Part shown: positions 12,402-23,993 of the stretch, piece by piece
How the letters are laid out: every line of letters starts with the position of its first letter
How positions within the stretch are numbered: position 1 is the first letter of the stretch
Origin: Octopus vulgaris
Taxonomy: Eukaryota
Length of the DNA: 64,000 bases
NCBI GenBank assembly: GCA_951406725.2
Contig: OX597832.1
Coordinates: 47,988,001-48,052,000 of the forward strand
Direction of reading: 5' to 3'
Made by a program: the position numbers and the translations under genes
Notes under the pieces: model-generated
Told to the model about the DNA's origin: nothing
Databases searched by the model: none
What the model saw: only the letters and a program-made list of their open reading frames with translations

Positions 12402-14972
12402 AGGTGTGGGTATGTGGTAAGAAGCTTGCTTCTCAGCCATATGGTTCTGGGTTCAGTCCCACTGTGTGGTACCATGGGCAAGTATGTTCTACTATAGCCT
12501 CGGACCAACCAAATCCTCGTGAGTGGATTTGGTAGACGGAAACTGAAAGAAAGACTTTTGTATGTATATAAATATATATATATATATATTTCGTTTTTGG
12601 ATTTGGTTTGCAAGATTATTTATATGAGTTCGTGTGTTGAAGTATATTCTGTTGTGTCTGGGGAGAGTCATTCTCTTTTAGTGGCTTATTATTTAACGGT
12701 ACGGTGAGTGTGTTAAATAATAAGGCACTAAAAGAGAATGACTCTCCCCAGACACAACAGTATATATATATATATATATATATATATTTAAAATAATAAC
12801 GGTGAAAAATTGAATATTAACTTGATTAATATCAATTTAAAACCAGTGGTCTAGCATATATAAAAATCTGAAGTTTTAGAAAAATTATATTACATACATG
12901 TATAAAAGGGATGACCTGTAAAGTGGACATCCATTATGCTAGAAGAACGTTCTGCGTTTTGCTAAATTTTCTTGAGAACGTTCCTTTCTTAGTGGTTAGG
13001 CTATAACGGATCTTCTAGCATAATGGATGTCCACTTACAGGTCATCTCTTTTATATGTATATTATATATATTTCATCATCGTCATCATCATCACTGTTCA
13101 ACGTCCGTTTTTCATGCTAGCATGGGTTGGATGGTTCAACTGGGGTCTGGGAAGCCAGGAGGCTGCACCAGGCTCCAGTCTGATCTGGCAGTGTTTCTAC
13201 AGCTGGATGCCCTTCCTAATGCCAACCACTCCGAGAGTGTAGTGGGTGCTTTTTATGTGCCACCGGTACAGGTGCCAGACGAGGCTGGCAAACGGCCACG
13301 ATCGGATGGTGCTTTTTACGTGCCATCTGATTATGGCCGTTGCCAGCCTATATATATATATACAGACATATGTGTGTGTGTGTGTGTGTATGATACCTAC
13401 AAAGTAGACTACAATTTATGTCTAATTTGCCTATTTCTCTGTAGAATGAACAGAAAATATGATGGACAAGCTCAATCGATTTTTGGCCCTTTTCAGGATC
13501 TCATCATCAGAGGTATATGCATCACTTGACCAATTCCAGAGGAAACAAGTTGCCAGTCCATTTATTTACACATCAAATCCAGTAGCTATCAGAGAGCTAG
13601 AGTTAGTAATTTGCATACAGTAGATATTTAATATCAAAGGCCTGTCAGTGAGGAACCAGTCCATACAGTATCAAGCTATGATAACACATATTTAGTAGTA
13701 GCCATACTAACTTGTCAAATTTAACTATTTCTCTGTTGAAAAGAACTGCTTTTTCCCTCAGACTGTGAGTGTATTTCGCAGACAGAAACTGAAAGAGGTG
13801 CTCCAGCATGGCCACAATCAAATGACTGAAACAAGTAAAAAGAGAGTAAGGGCTAGTCGATTACATCAACCTCAGTGCTTGGCAGTTACGCACTGGGGTC
13901 GATGTAATCAACTTAATCCGTTTGTCTGTCCTTGTTTGTCCTCTCTGTGTTTAGCCCCTTGTGGGTAGTAAAGAAATAAGAAAAGTTAGCACGCCGGGTG
14001 AAATGCTTAGCAGTATTTCCTCTGTCTTTACATTCTGAGTTCAAATTCCGCCAAGGTCGACTTTGCTTTTCATCCTTTCAGGATCGATAAATTAAGTACC
14101 AGTTACGTCTGTCTCTTCGACTAGCCCCCTGCCCCCAAATGTCAGGCCTTGTGCCTAGAATAGAAAAGAATGAGTTTAACAAAAGCTGGCAACATTTTTT
14201 TAAGTTGTATTTATTTTGTAAACAAGTAATACCATATTTTATAAGCATTTTATAATGTTTCTTTCTTTTCTGGAAACTTGCTGCGTACCGGCAGCTGATG
14301 GCTCGCGAACCACCACTTCGAGTAGCATTGATGTAGATGAATGTGGGTTACTTCGGAAGCGCTTGCTTTCTAAAATTTCTTCTGAGAAAAGGTGGGGAGT
14401 AAAAAAAAAAACGAATAGGTGCAGGAGTGGCTGTGTGGTAAGTAGCTTGTTTACCAACCACATGGTTCCGGGTTCAGTCCCACTGCGTGGCACCTTGAGC
14501 AAGTGTCTTCTACTATAGCCTCGGGCCGACCAAAGCCTTGTGAGTGGATTTGGTAGACGAAAACTGAAAGAAACCCGTCGTATATATGTATATACACTAC
14601 CGTCAGAAATTAATTAGCACCCTTGATTTGCTCTTCACTCAAGGTATTTACTGTCACCTAGTGGCCATATCTCGAACTATTGCTTTGTTGCGAGTTCACT
14701 GTTGCGCAGAACGATGACGTAACTTTGTTTGCAGAGCGGTTTGAGAGTCTACAGCCTAATGATGTTGACATAGCAGTGCAACAACAACTTGGAGTGCGGA
14801 TGCAGACAATTCTTCCTTTATTTAATAGATATAGGTAGCGCCTCGCAAGGACCGAAATCACACCGTACTAAGTTTTCTCATCGCGTAAGACGTTTTGAAC
14901 AGCTTGTAGGTTAATTGATTTGTGTATTTGCAAGATTTTTTTTTCCTCACAAATTCTCCTACACTCTGCTTG

Positions 14973-14989
14973 GTGACGTCACTTCCGGT
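14973..14989. promoter_or_regulatory. Overlapping ETS-CRE motif in the Tc1 5' region
   Basis: gtgacgtcacttccggt; reverse complement ACCGGAAGTGACGTCAC. Confidence 0.5.
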
Positions 14990-15147
14990 TCACAAAACTT
15001 TCTGTTATACATCAAATAAGGTGAGAAATTCTGCTTTCTTTCTTTTTTGTTTAATGAATAATAACTCATAGCAGTTTTGTTATAGCATAACATTATTCAA
15101 ATGAATAGTTTTAATGAAAATAACTGGTTTTTATCGTTCATTCCTAG

Positions 15148-16144
15148 ATGGGCCCAAGACCTCGCATGACCTTGGAGAGACGGTACAAGGCTCTCTCGTG
15201 GCGTGGGAAGCTGTCGGAGGTTGCAATAGCCAGAAAACTTGGTGTAGCCAGGCGCACAATTCAGTGCTTATTTAAGAAATACGAGGAAACCGGATCAGCA
15301 GCTGACAAAAAGGGTAGGGGACGGAAGAGGCTGACGACCCAGCGGGAGGACCGGATGCTGATCCTAAAGTCACTGTACAACCGAAGGGTAACGAGCCGGC
15401 AACTGGCGGAGGAGATGCAAAAGATGACAGGGAAGCAGTTGTCTACAACCACTGTCAAGACCAGATTACTGGAAGCTGGTCTAAAATCCTGTAGGGCCAC
15501 CCGTAAGCCGCTCCTTACAGCCCAAAACCGGAAGAGGCAGCTGCTCTGGGCCCGTGCCCACAAGACATGGACCGTGCAGCAGTGGCGGACATTGATGTTC
15601 ACTGACGAGTCGCGATTCAGTCTCGTCAGTGACAAGCCTGTCCATGTGCGACGCCGCAGGGGTGAGCGCTTCAACAAAGACTGCATTGCTCCCACCATGA
15701 AGCAAGGTGGGGGTGGTCTGATGGTGTGAGGGGCGTTCAGCTACAGTGGTGTTGGGCGGCTCTATGCTGTCGAAGGCAACATCAACGCAGCAAAGTACGT
15801 TGAGATAGTACGGGATACCTCTTTGGTGGCGAGGAGTACTGCTCCAGCAGGACAACGCGCCTTCCCACACAGCCAAGCTCACAACCGGTTTCTTCAAGGA
15901 CCATGGGGTGACGGTCATGGACTGGCCTGGCCAGTCACCTGACCTGAACCCTATTGAGAACCTCTGGAGTCGATTGGGTAGGGATTTGAATGTGCAGCAA
16001 TACAGGAACCGACACGAGCTGTTTGGGGCACTTCTTGCTGCATGAGGGGCCATCCCTGCACAGTACCTGCAGGCACTCATAGACAGCATGCCGACCCGCG
16101 TAGCAGCTGTCATTGCTGCCAAAGGAGGAGCAACAAGATATTGA
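15148..16144 (+). pseudogene. Tc1 transposase pseudogene
   Basis: HTH region, GRGRK linker, FTDES, QQDNAPSH, WPGQSPDLNPIENLW (34 residues between D and E), KGGATRY*. Trp-to-TGA stops at 15727 and about 16043, plus a deletion/frameshift near 15830. Confidence 0.95.
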
Positions 16145-16811
16145 CTAAATTTCACGATTAATAACAATTATGTGGTGTGCTGGGATATGTTTTAATAAAT
16201 TTTCGATTAAAAACGAGTTCGTTTCTGATAATAAGTTAATTAAATTAAGAAAATGTAGAAATTTGAGAAGTGCTAATTAATTTCCGACGCAAGTGTATAG
16301 ATGTGTTTGTACCCCCAACATCGCTTGACAACCGATGCTGGTGTGTTTACGTTCCCATCACTTAGCGGTTCAGCAAAAGAGACCGATAGAATAAGTATTA
16401 AGGCTTACAAAGAAAAAGTCCAGGGAGTCGATTTCCTCGACTAAAGGCGGTGCTCCAGCATGGCCGCAGTCAAATGACTGAAACAAGTAAAAGAGTAAAG
16501 AGAGAAGATTTGTGAGGAACAATGTCAACTGGAGGCTTGAAACTTAAGCCGTTAGTTGTGTATATCGTTCTGATATTCCGAGAGCAATGAAAGGCGTTTC
16601 CATATTTAATCCGTTTTTGTTATAAAGAAATCTAAAAGAAAACCATATGTTACTCAGGATTTGTTTACTAAAGGGTTCGTTCGTTGGACATTTTCGTTTT
16701 GCTGACAAACAATTGTTGTGGTAAGGCTGAATAACGGAATTGTTATAGGGGAGAAGTACAACATTGTAAGAAGAAAGCGAAGCAGTGAAACGCCTTCGAC
16801 AGTTTTCTTTA

Positions 16812-17207
16812 TCTTTCTATGTATAAAGCTGAAGTTGTCTGTGTATGGCTGGTTTGGTAGCCTTCAACTAACACTATCTCCTCCGAGACCCTGCGGCGCA
16901 AGTTGACCAAAATTGAGAGTATGATAGAAGAAGGCTTGCTCTTCCTTCCGTAGAAGATAAAATTCAAATCGGACCATGTTAAGACCAAAAATTATTTACA
17001 TCAAAAAGGTGCTTTTTTTTCTATGAAAATCCCTATTTTTTACGATTTTTTGACTGCTGTGTTGCCATTTTGCGGTGTATTTCAACCAGAAAAATGTTCA
17101 CTTAAAGAGAATAACAAGCTACATAATGCAAACTTTTTACTTTTCAAAAATTCCTATTCTAAAGGGTCGAAAAGAAAAACCCGAGCAACGCCGGGCGATA
17201 CTGCTAG
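16812..17207 (+). mobile_element. Non-autonomous Helitron-like element
   Basis: 5' TC after A, 3' hairpin cccgagcaacgccggg then CTAG before T. Termini shared with 25292-25808. Confidence 0.7.
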
Positions 17208-17459
17208 TTCTATTTAATTCTTATATCTAGATCATTTGTAGCTTATGAATTAAGGATTTTCATTCCCTCCCCAAAGATTCCAAGTTCAGCCATACTTTAC
17301 TCCAGACGGGTGTTATGAATGTATGTCTTTATTCGGTTTTATTTCAAGATTTCTTGCCAATAGAGAAAGAGCCGGTTTCTAACGTAGATCCAAGGCCGCT
17401 TCAGCGGAATTTCAACATCAACAACAGGGTATGTATGTATGTATGCATGCATGCTTGTG

Positions 17460-17720
17460 TAACACACCATACTAATCATATCTGTCGGGCATGTGGAAGA
17501 GAGTGTAATTCGGCAGGAGGACTTAAACGACATGCAAAGGTACATGAAGCCCAGTTACAACTACAGCCGGCTATTACCAGTAAAGGTTTTCGTTGCCAAT
17601 TCTGTACAAGACATTGTAGATCTTTAGCTGGGCTAAAAAGTCACATTCGATCACAGCACCAGTAACAATTAAGCTTCGTGCAATGGCCATACTCAATAAC
17701 GAGGGGGCAGCCATAATAAT
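17460..17720 (+). mobile_element. 3' end of an RTE-like LINE with two C-terminal C2H2 fingers
   Basis: HICRACGRECNSAGGLKRHAKVH and FRCQFCTRHCRSLAGLKSHIRSQH*, short 3' UTR, (AAT) tail, embedded in (TATG)n, no clear splice sites. Confidence 0.6.
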
Positions 17721-17876
17721 GTATGTATGTGTGTATGAATGTATTTATGTATGTTTGCATGTATGTATGTATGCATGTACGTATGTATGTATATATGTAT
17801 GTACGTATGTATATATGTATGTATGCATGCATGTATGTATGTATGTGTTGCATATCTAGACATGCTCATATATACT

Positions 17877-18137
17877 TTAATGATAAACTTCTGGAAAATG
17901 TCACAGATTTTTACAGTTCCAATGGTAGCTTGTATCTGTAGTCTTTGAATCAGCTTTCTCCTTTTCGGTTTTGAGAAGCCTAATTCTTCAAGACAAGCAG
18001 TGTGTTACATATCCCCAATAATTACAGGTATAAACCTCAACTTGTAATCTGGACAGAGTAACTGCAGGTTTCTCAATAGTTCAGCGTAGGTATTCTCTTT
18101 TTCGCTGATCTTCAGCTTTATGTTAACATCCGCTGAG
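17877..18137 (-). mobile_element. R4/Dong-like non-LTR retrotransposon, C-terminal restriction-like endonuclease fragment
   Basis: Minus translation DVNIKLKISEKENTYAELLRNLQLLCPDYKLRFIPVIIG...LGFSKPKRRKLIQRLQIQATIGTVKIC. Flanked by (TATG)n. Confidence 0.65.
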
Positions 18138-19514
18138 TAGAATGTATGTATGTATGTGTGTATGTATGTAGCTTGAATACTTTTTTACTCAGTCCAGGCT
18201 GACCTGGGGCTAAACAAAACCATCGTTACGTTTTGATAACTGACCAACATCTATCTAATCCTGTCTGGTTCCATGACCAGACAGGATTGATTTCTTAGAC
18301 AACCTAACTCGTTATGCTAGAAATAGCATTCAAATCAAACCCTACAGTCTTAAAAAATAACAGTAGTATACATTAAAATACCGGTTGGTCACGGTTGGAG
18401 CGTCAGATCATAGATTTATTTAGTCAATGTTACTCTGGGGGCTAAACATTTTTTCTTCTTCTTCCTCCCCCTCTTCTGCATTCTCCTCCTTCCGCTTCTG
18501 TCTCCTCCTCCCCCTCCCCTTCTTCTCTTCCTCTTCCTCCCAATTCGCCCCTCCTTCCCCTCACCCTCCTCTTCTTCCGTCGCCTTTTTCCTGCATTCTC
18601 CTCCTCCCTCTGCCTCTTCCCTCCTCCTCCTCCTTCTTCTTCTCCTTCTCTTCCTCCTCCTTCTCCTCTTCCTCCTTCTTCTTCCTCTCCTCCTCCCCTT
18701 CTTCTCTTCCTCCCAATTCTCCTCTCGTTCCCCCTCCCCCTCCTCTTCTTCCGTCTCCTCTTTCCTGCATTCTCCTCCTCCCTCTGCCTCTTCCCTCCTG
18801 CTCCTACTCCTCCTCCTCCTCCTCCTCCTCCTCCTTCCTCTTCTTCTACTTCTTCTTCTTCTTCTTCAATATTTGAGTACGTTGCAAAAAACTTTACTCT
18901 CTCTCACTATCAAATTTCCTGCACTGGAATTCCGTTAGAATTTCTTCTTCTTTTCTTTCTTTCTTCTCACCCACCCACAACCCCCACCCTCCACCACCAC
19001 CACCACCCCGATTTATTTTCAGTCCACTTAATTTCTAATTTATTCCACTGAACGTATATTTAATTCACGAGAACTGCTAGAATATATATCTATCTATTAA
19101 TTACTCTGCTCACAGGCCACCGTGTTCAGCTTCTGCAATCTTGGAACAAAATTAATCTACTTCGCATATGTTAAAAGAACCGATTACTTTCGTCAGGCTG
19201 CAAAATGGTTCAGAATATTTAGTTACGTTATTTTACGCTCGTTTCTGAGTTCAAATCTTCTCTGCATTTGGGATAGGAAACGTTTTGGCGTAGCTGTTGT
19301 GGAGTTGTCTATTCGGCATCAGTGAGTCGACGCTGACTTATTTGACATCAGACCTTTTTTTATATTTTCCCGTTCTCCCCACTTTCTCTTTATCTCTGCC
19401 TCAATCTCTCTCTGTTTCTGTCTGTCTGTCTGTCTCTCCATCTCGGTCTGTTTATGTGTGTATATTTAGCTCTATGTGTAAGAGAAGCAAAACGTTTTCC
19501 AATCGTACTCAATA

Positions 19515-19685
19515 GGCACAGGAGTGGCTGTGTGGTAAGTAGCTTGTTTACCAACCACATGGTTCCGGGTTCAGTCCCACTGCGCATCCCCCACCTTGGG
19601 CAAGTGTCTTCTACTATAGCCTCGGGTCGACCAAAGCCTTGTGAGTGGATTTGGTAGAGGGAAACTGAAAGAAGCCCGTCCTATA

Positions 19686-19721
<36 letters not shown>

Positions 19722-19936
19722 TGTGTATGTTTGTGTGTCTGTGTTTGTCCCCCTAGCATTGCTTGACAACCGATGCTGGTGTCCCCCCGTTACTTAGCGG
19801 TTCGGCAAAAGAGACCGATAGAATAAGTACTGGGCTTACAAAAGAATAAGTCCCGGGGTCGAGTTGCTCGATTAAAGGCGGTGCTTCAGCATGACCGCAG
19901 TCAAATGACTGAAACAAGTTAAAGAGTAAAAAGAGT
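19515..19936 (+). mobile_element. SINE family A
   Basis: Near-identical to 4130-4547. Confidence 0.9.
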
Positions 19937-20009
19937 AATTAATGAATTGTAATAACTCTCTCTCTTCTACCTCACCCTCTCTAAATTCTCTCTATCTGTA
20001 TATTTCTTC

Positions 20010-20390
20010 GCGCGTGTGCGTATTTGATTCCAGTGCCAAAACTGGCTGAATGTCCAGTCAGCCAGCCAGTCACGCCAGATCGTCAGCGCCCAATCAACTC
20101 ACTCTGCTGTATTTGTGTGGGATGACGTCAGCAGCTGGACGTCAGCAGCCGGGTGCGTTGACCGGAAGCTGGGGCAAACGGAAGGGGTCAGCCGTCAGGC
20201 GTGCGCAGGGAGCGGAAATTGCGCCTTTTCCAACGTGGGTCGTGCAGGGGACAAGACGTGTGAGGACGTCATCACTGGAGGGTCTCCGTCACTAAGAAGA
20301 GAAGGTAGGCGCCTCTGTATTCAAATCGCGCACACACTACAATTTGACTTAACGTTTACCTCTTCTGAGAGAAATAAATGTCAGGTGAGT
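20010..20390. promoter_or_regulatory. CpG-rich promoter-like patch with a possible first exon ending at a CAG|GTGAGT donor (20385)
   Basis: High CpG content; CCAAT, TGACGTCA, CCGGAAG/ACGGAAG/GCGGAAA and GTGCGCA motifs clustered; consensus donor downstream. Confidence 0.45.
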
Positions 20391-20654
20391 CTTAGCTTAA
20401 TGGTACAGAGCGCTCAGCGGGAATAAGTTCGACGAAAATTCCTCAAGGCGATGTTCCAGTGCTGGAAGAAGCACGCTAGACAAAATGTACCGCAAAATTT
20501 AATCCGGGTTTATGTTCTGAGTTAAAATTCCGTCGAGGTTGACTTTGCCTTTTATCCTTTCATGGTCGATAAAATATATAAGTACCAGTTGAGCACTAGA
20601 GTCGATATTAATTGACTAGTACACCCACCTCCACTTCCCTGAAAATTCTAGGTC

Positions 20655-21103
20655 TTGTGACTATCTATCTATCTATCTATCCGCTCAGTCGAAGTCGACT
20701 CTCGGTTACTCGATGGATCAGTGTCCTCCAGCCAGTTCTATCCTGGGTCACTTCTTTCAGATTGGCTATGGCCATTCCCGTATCACTCTTGATGGTGTCA
20801 AGCTAGCAGGGTTCTTGGTCGGCCTCTTCCTCTCTCGCTACTGATCATTCTGAGCATGATGTCCTTCTCCGGGGATTTTCTCCGCATAATATGACCAAAA
20901 TATGCCAATCTATGCTTGGTGATCCTAGCTTCTAGCGACAGTTTCGGCTTGATCTGGTTAAGAACTTCTCCATTGGTGAGCCTCGCTGTCCATGGAATCC
21001 GTAAAAGGCTTCTCCAACACCAAAGCTCGAATGCATTAATTCTCTTCTGGTCAGCTTTCTTTAGTGTCCAGGTCTCGCATCCATATGTTGCTATTGTGAC
21101 TAT
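20655..21103 (-). mobile_element. 5'-truncated RTE/BovB-like LINE fragment
   Basis: Minus translation YGCETWTLKKADQKRINAFELWCWRSLLRIPWTARLTN...YFGHIMRR...RGRPR. (GATA)n tail; 10-bp TSD ttgtgactat at 20655-20664 and 21094-21103. Confidence 0.9.
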
Positions 21104-21550
21104 AGTAGAAGGATTACTATTGCTACGGATTGCGAATCAGCAGAAACGCTACGTCATTATTTAAATTGTTTTTTTTTTACTGTGGGTTTATATTCCAACG
21201 GGGCTGACTTTGCGCTCTTAATTTTTTGTTTTTTAAGAAAAAAATTGATGACAAAATCGGTTGAGCATCGAAGGGTAAAGCACTGTAGTGACGTCATTTT
21301 CCAGTGTGCGCACACGCAACGTCATTCTTCAGTGTGCGTGTGCGTGGCTGGAACCTTCTGGAAAGGCCAACGGAAGTTCCCTCATGCACATGCGCTAGAG
21401 ACTGGGGAAGAAAATTCTATCGCGTTCCTTGTTAGCGTCGTTGACTTGAGACACGACGATAGAAGAGAAAGGACGTATTTTTAAATGTGTGATTTAGCCA
21501 TTCTCCTGTTCCAGACGCTTGAGATTTGACCTGCTCTGTTGCTGCTGAAT

Positions 21551-21962
21551 TTACTCTTACTCTTTTACTCTTTTACTTGTTTCAGTCATTTGACTGCGGC
21601 CATGCTGGAGCACCGCCTTTAGTCGAGCAAATCGACCCCGGGACTTATTCTTTGTAAGCCCAGTACTTATTCTATCGGTCTCTTTTGCCGAACCGCTAAG
21701 TGATGGGGACGTAAACACACCAGCATCGGTTGTCAAGCAATGCTAGGGGGACAAACACAGACACGCAAACATATACACACACACTTATAATATATATATA
21801 CATATATACGACAGGCTTCTTTCAGTTTCCGTCTCCCAAATCCACTCACAAGGCATTGGTCGGCCCGGGGCTATAGCAGAAGACACTTGCCCAAGATGCC
21901 ACGCAGTGGGACTGAACCCGGAACCATGTGGTTGGTTAGCAAGCTACTTACCACACAGCCAC
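21551..21962 (-). mobile_element. SINE family A
   Basis: Reverse-complement copy with slight 5' truncation. Confidence 0.9.
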
Positions 21963-22702
21963 AAGAATCTTACAAATGTTAAAATTCAGCCTTGCTATAT
22001 TGAACCAAGTGGATACCAATATACCAACGTGCTTCATTTGTAAATAAGAGAATAAAGAATCATATATAATTTTAAAGTTGCGCTTTGTTCCTGACTGGTA
22101 GTTTCTAGAAACAAAAAGAAAGGAAAATCGTGTTGCACCCAAAAAGGTGTAAAGAATCAACCAGTTCCCTTTACAGCACTTTGACCGACTCTGCGGATTA
22201 CGCTAGCCTATGGTCCACAACGGCAGTAATGGTTTCCAATCTTGGAACAGAGAAGGAATTTTGAGGCCAGGGAGCTAATCGATTACATTGATCGCTTCAC
22301 TTGACTGGCACCGAATATGATGGCATAAGGAACACACGGGCATATTTGATGCACTCCTATTTTAAGTTTTTAGTGTATTAAGCATGTAGTAATATGGTCC
22401 TGACGTCGCATATAGGACCCTTGGGGATTTTTTTGAGACGTATTTTGAAAAAATAAAGAGAGAAGACGGCTCTTGTTTGCCTTTGAATACAGCACTTTAT
22501 TTCATTCTTTCCAAAGGATTGAAGTTGATCTCGGCAGAATTTGAACTCAAGACGCAAAGAGACGGTACAGATGCTAATTGGTATTTTGTTCGACGCTCTA
22601 GCAGTTCTGCCAGCTCGTAGAAATTGTTTCTCAGCGTGGGAGCTGAAGAACACAAAAATTTCTTGAAAAAAAAAATCACGCGTTTCCGCAGATTATATTT
22701 TA

Positions 22703-23119
22703 GGACCTTTTCGGTTTGAACGGCAGTTTTTAACATAATTTCTAGGTAACTAAATACTCTTAAACTTCGTATACTGGTAGAATGTATTTATAAAACATCT
22801 TTTTCTCTTGGCTTTATTGAGAAAATTCTATGGTTTGTAAGATATTTATTGTTTTTTTCTTCAATTTCTTGCAATTTCAACCAATCAATGACGTCCATTG
22901 AGGTAAACAACATTCTGTGCTGTATGAATATGTCCCTCGTTTAAGAAACAGATTGGGTTTATTTACATTTGTGAAGAAAAAAAGATACCCTTCTCCCCAC
23001 CCCTAACCCTAACCCTAAAACAGATTGAAATGCAATAGATCGATACTAGGGTCATAATTATGGGTGACAATTTCATATGACACCGCTAGAAAAAACCGCC
23101 GTTCAAACCGAAAAGATCC
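22703..23119. mobile_element. MITE with GG..CC TIRs (ggatcttttcggtttgaacggcagttttt family)
   Basis: About 29-bp TIRs, 8-bp TSD atatttta, internal (CCCTAA)3. Near-identical relative at 31463-31845. Confidence 0.85.
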
Positions 23120-23682
23120 ATATTTTATTTAATATCTTATCTGTAAAATATAATTATGAGTTCTGCGATCCTTGGAAAATCGTTCCACAACAAAATAGAA
23201 ATGGAAAAGCCTGCCTTCTCTCGCCGCAATTCTACCACTCTTTAGTTCACGGATCTAGGAATTCTTGTTTTGCTGTCGGTTGAAGCAGACACTTTGCCAG
23301 TCATCGAATACGTCTAGCAAGGAAGCGTGAAGCTCGTATGGCAGATAATCTAGACCAGGCGTTCTGCCTTTCGAACAGCGACTCACAAGATACTTGTATC
23401 TCAGCCGCTATTATCGGCCTTTTTCGCAGCATTCCTCATATCCGTCTGAGAGTTGCGGTAGGTAGTGAATCCATCTCCTGGTCCACCATTCGCTTCAAAC
23501 AGTTGAGCAGAAGGTTACTGAATCGGCTTTGCCTTTCATCCTTTCGGGGTTGATAAATTAAGTACCAGTTACGCACTGGGGTCGATGTAATCGACTTAAT
23601 ACCTATGTCTGTCCTTGTTTGTCCCCTCTGTGTTTAGCCCCTTGTGGGTAATAAAGAAATAGGTTACTGAAAAGCAGCGCAC

Positions 23683-23993
23683 GGATCTTTTCACTTTGAC
23701 CAGCAGATTTTTAAAAATAATTTCTTTGTATCTAAACACTTTTAAACTTCGTATACTGGTAGAATGTGTTTATAAAAGATATTGTTTTTCACCTCAATAG
23801 ACGTCATTGATTGGTTGAAATTGCCGAAAATTAAGAAATTAAAGAGGAAATAGCTTACAAACTACAGAATTTTCTCAAGAAAACCAAGAGAAAAAGATGT
23901 TTTATAAACACATTCTACAAGTATACGAAGTTTAAAAGTGTTTAGTTACAAAGAAATTATTAAAAAAATCTGCCGGTCAAACCGAAAAGATCC
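23683..23993. mobile_element. Fold-back MITE of the same TIR family
   Basis: About 100-bp inverted arms; 9-bp TSD gcagcgcac. Confidence 0.85.

Larger units (their letters stand above)
14595..16295 (+). mobile_element. Tc1-family (DD34E) DNA transposon, full length about 1.7 kb, inserted into a SINE
   Basis: 26-bp TIRs (cactaccgtcagaaattaattagcac / gtgctaattaatttccgacgcaagtg), TA duplication on both sides. The SINE begins at 14418 and resumes at about 16298. Confidence 0.95.

Noticed and set aside
13445-13512. Exon-like segment with AG and GT boundaries (MNRKYDGQAQSIFGPFQDLIIR)
   Set aside because: Weak donor, no homology recognised, no partner exons.
15727-16045. Rescue of the Tc1 transposase by editing both TGA stops to Trp
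   Set aside because: TGG-to-TGA is a common mutation, and a deletion/frameshift near 15830 disables this copy regardless.
15261-16167. Minus-strand ORFs of 145 and 228 aa
   Set aside because: Antisense shadows of the GC-rich transposase.
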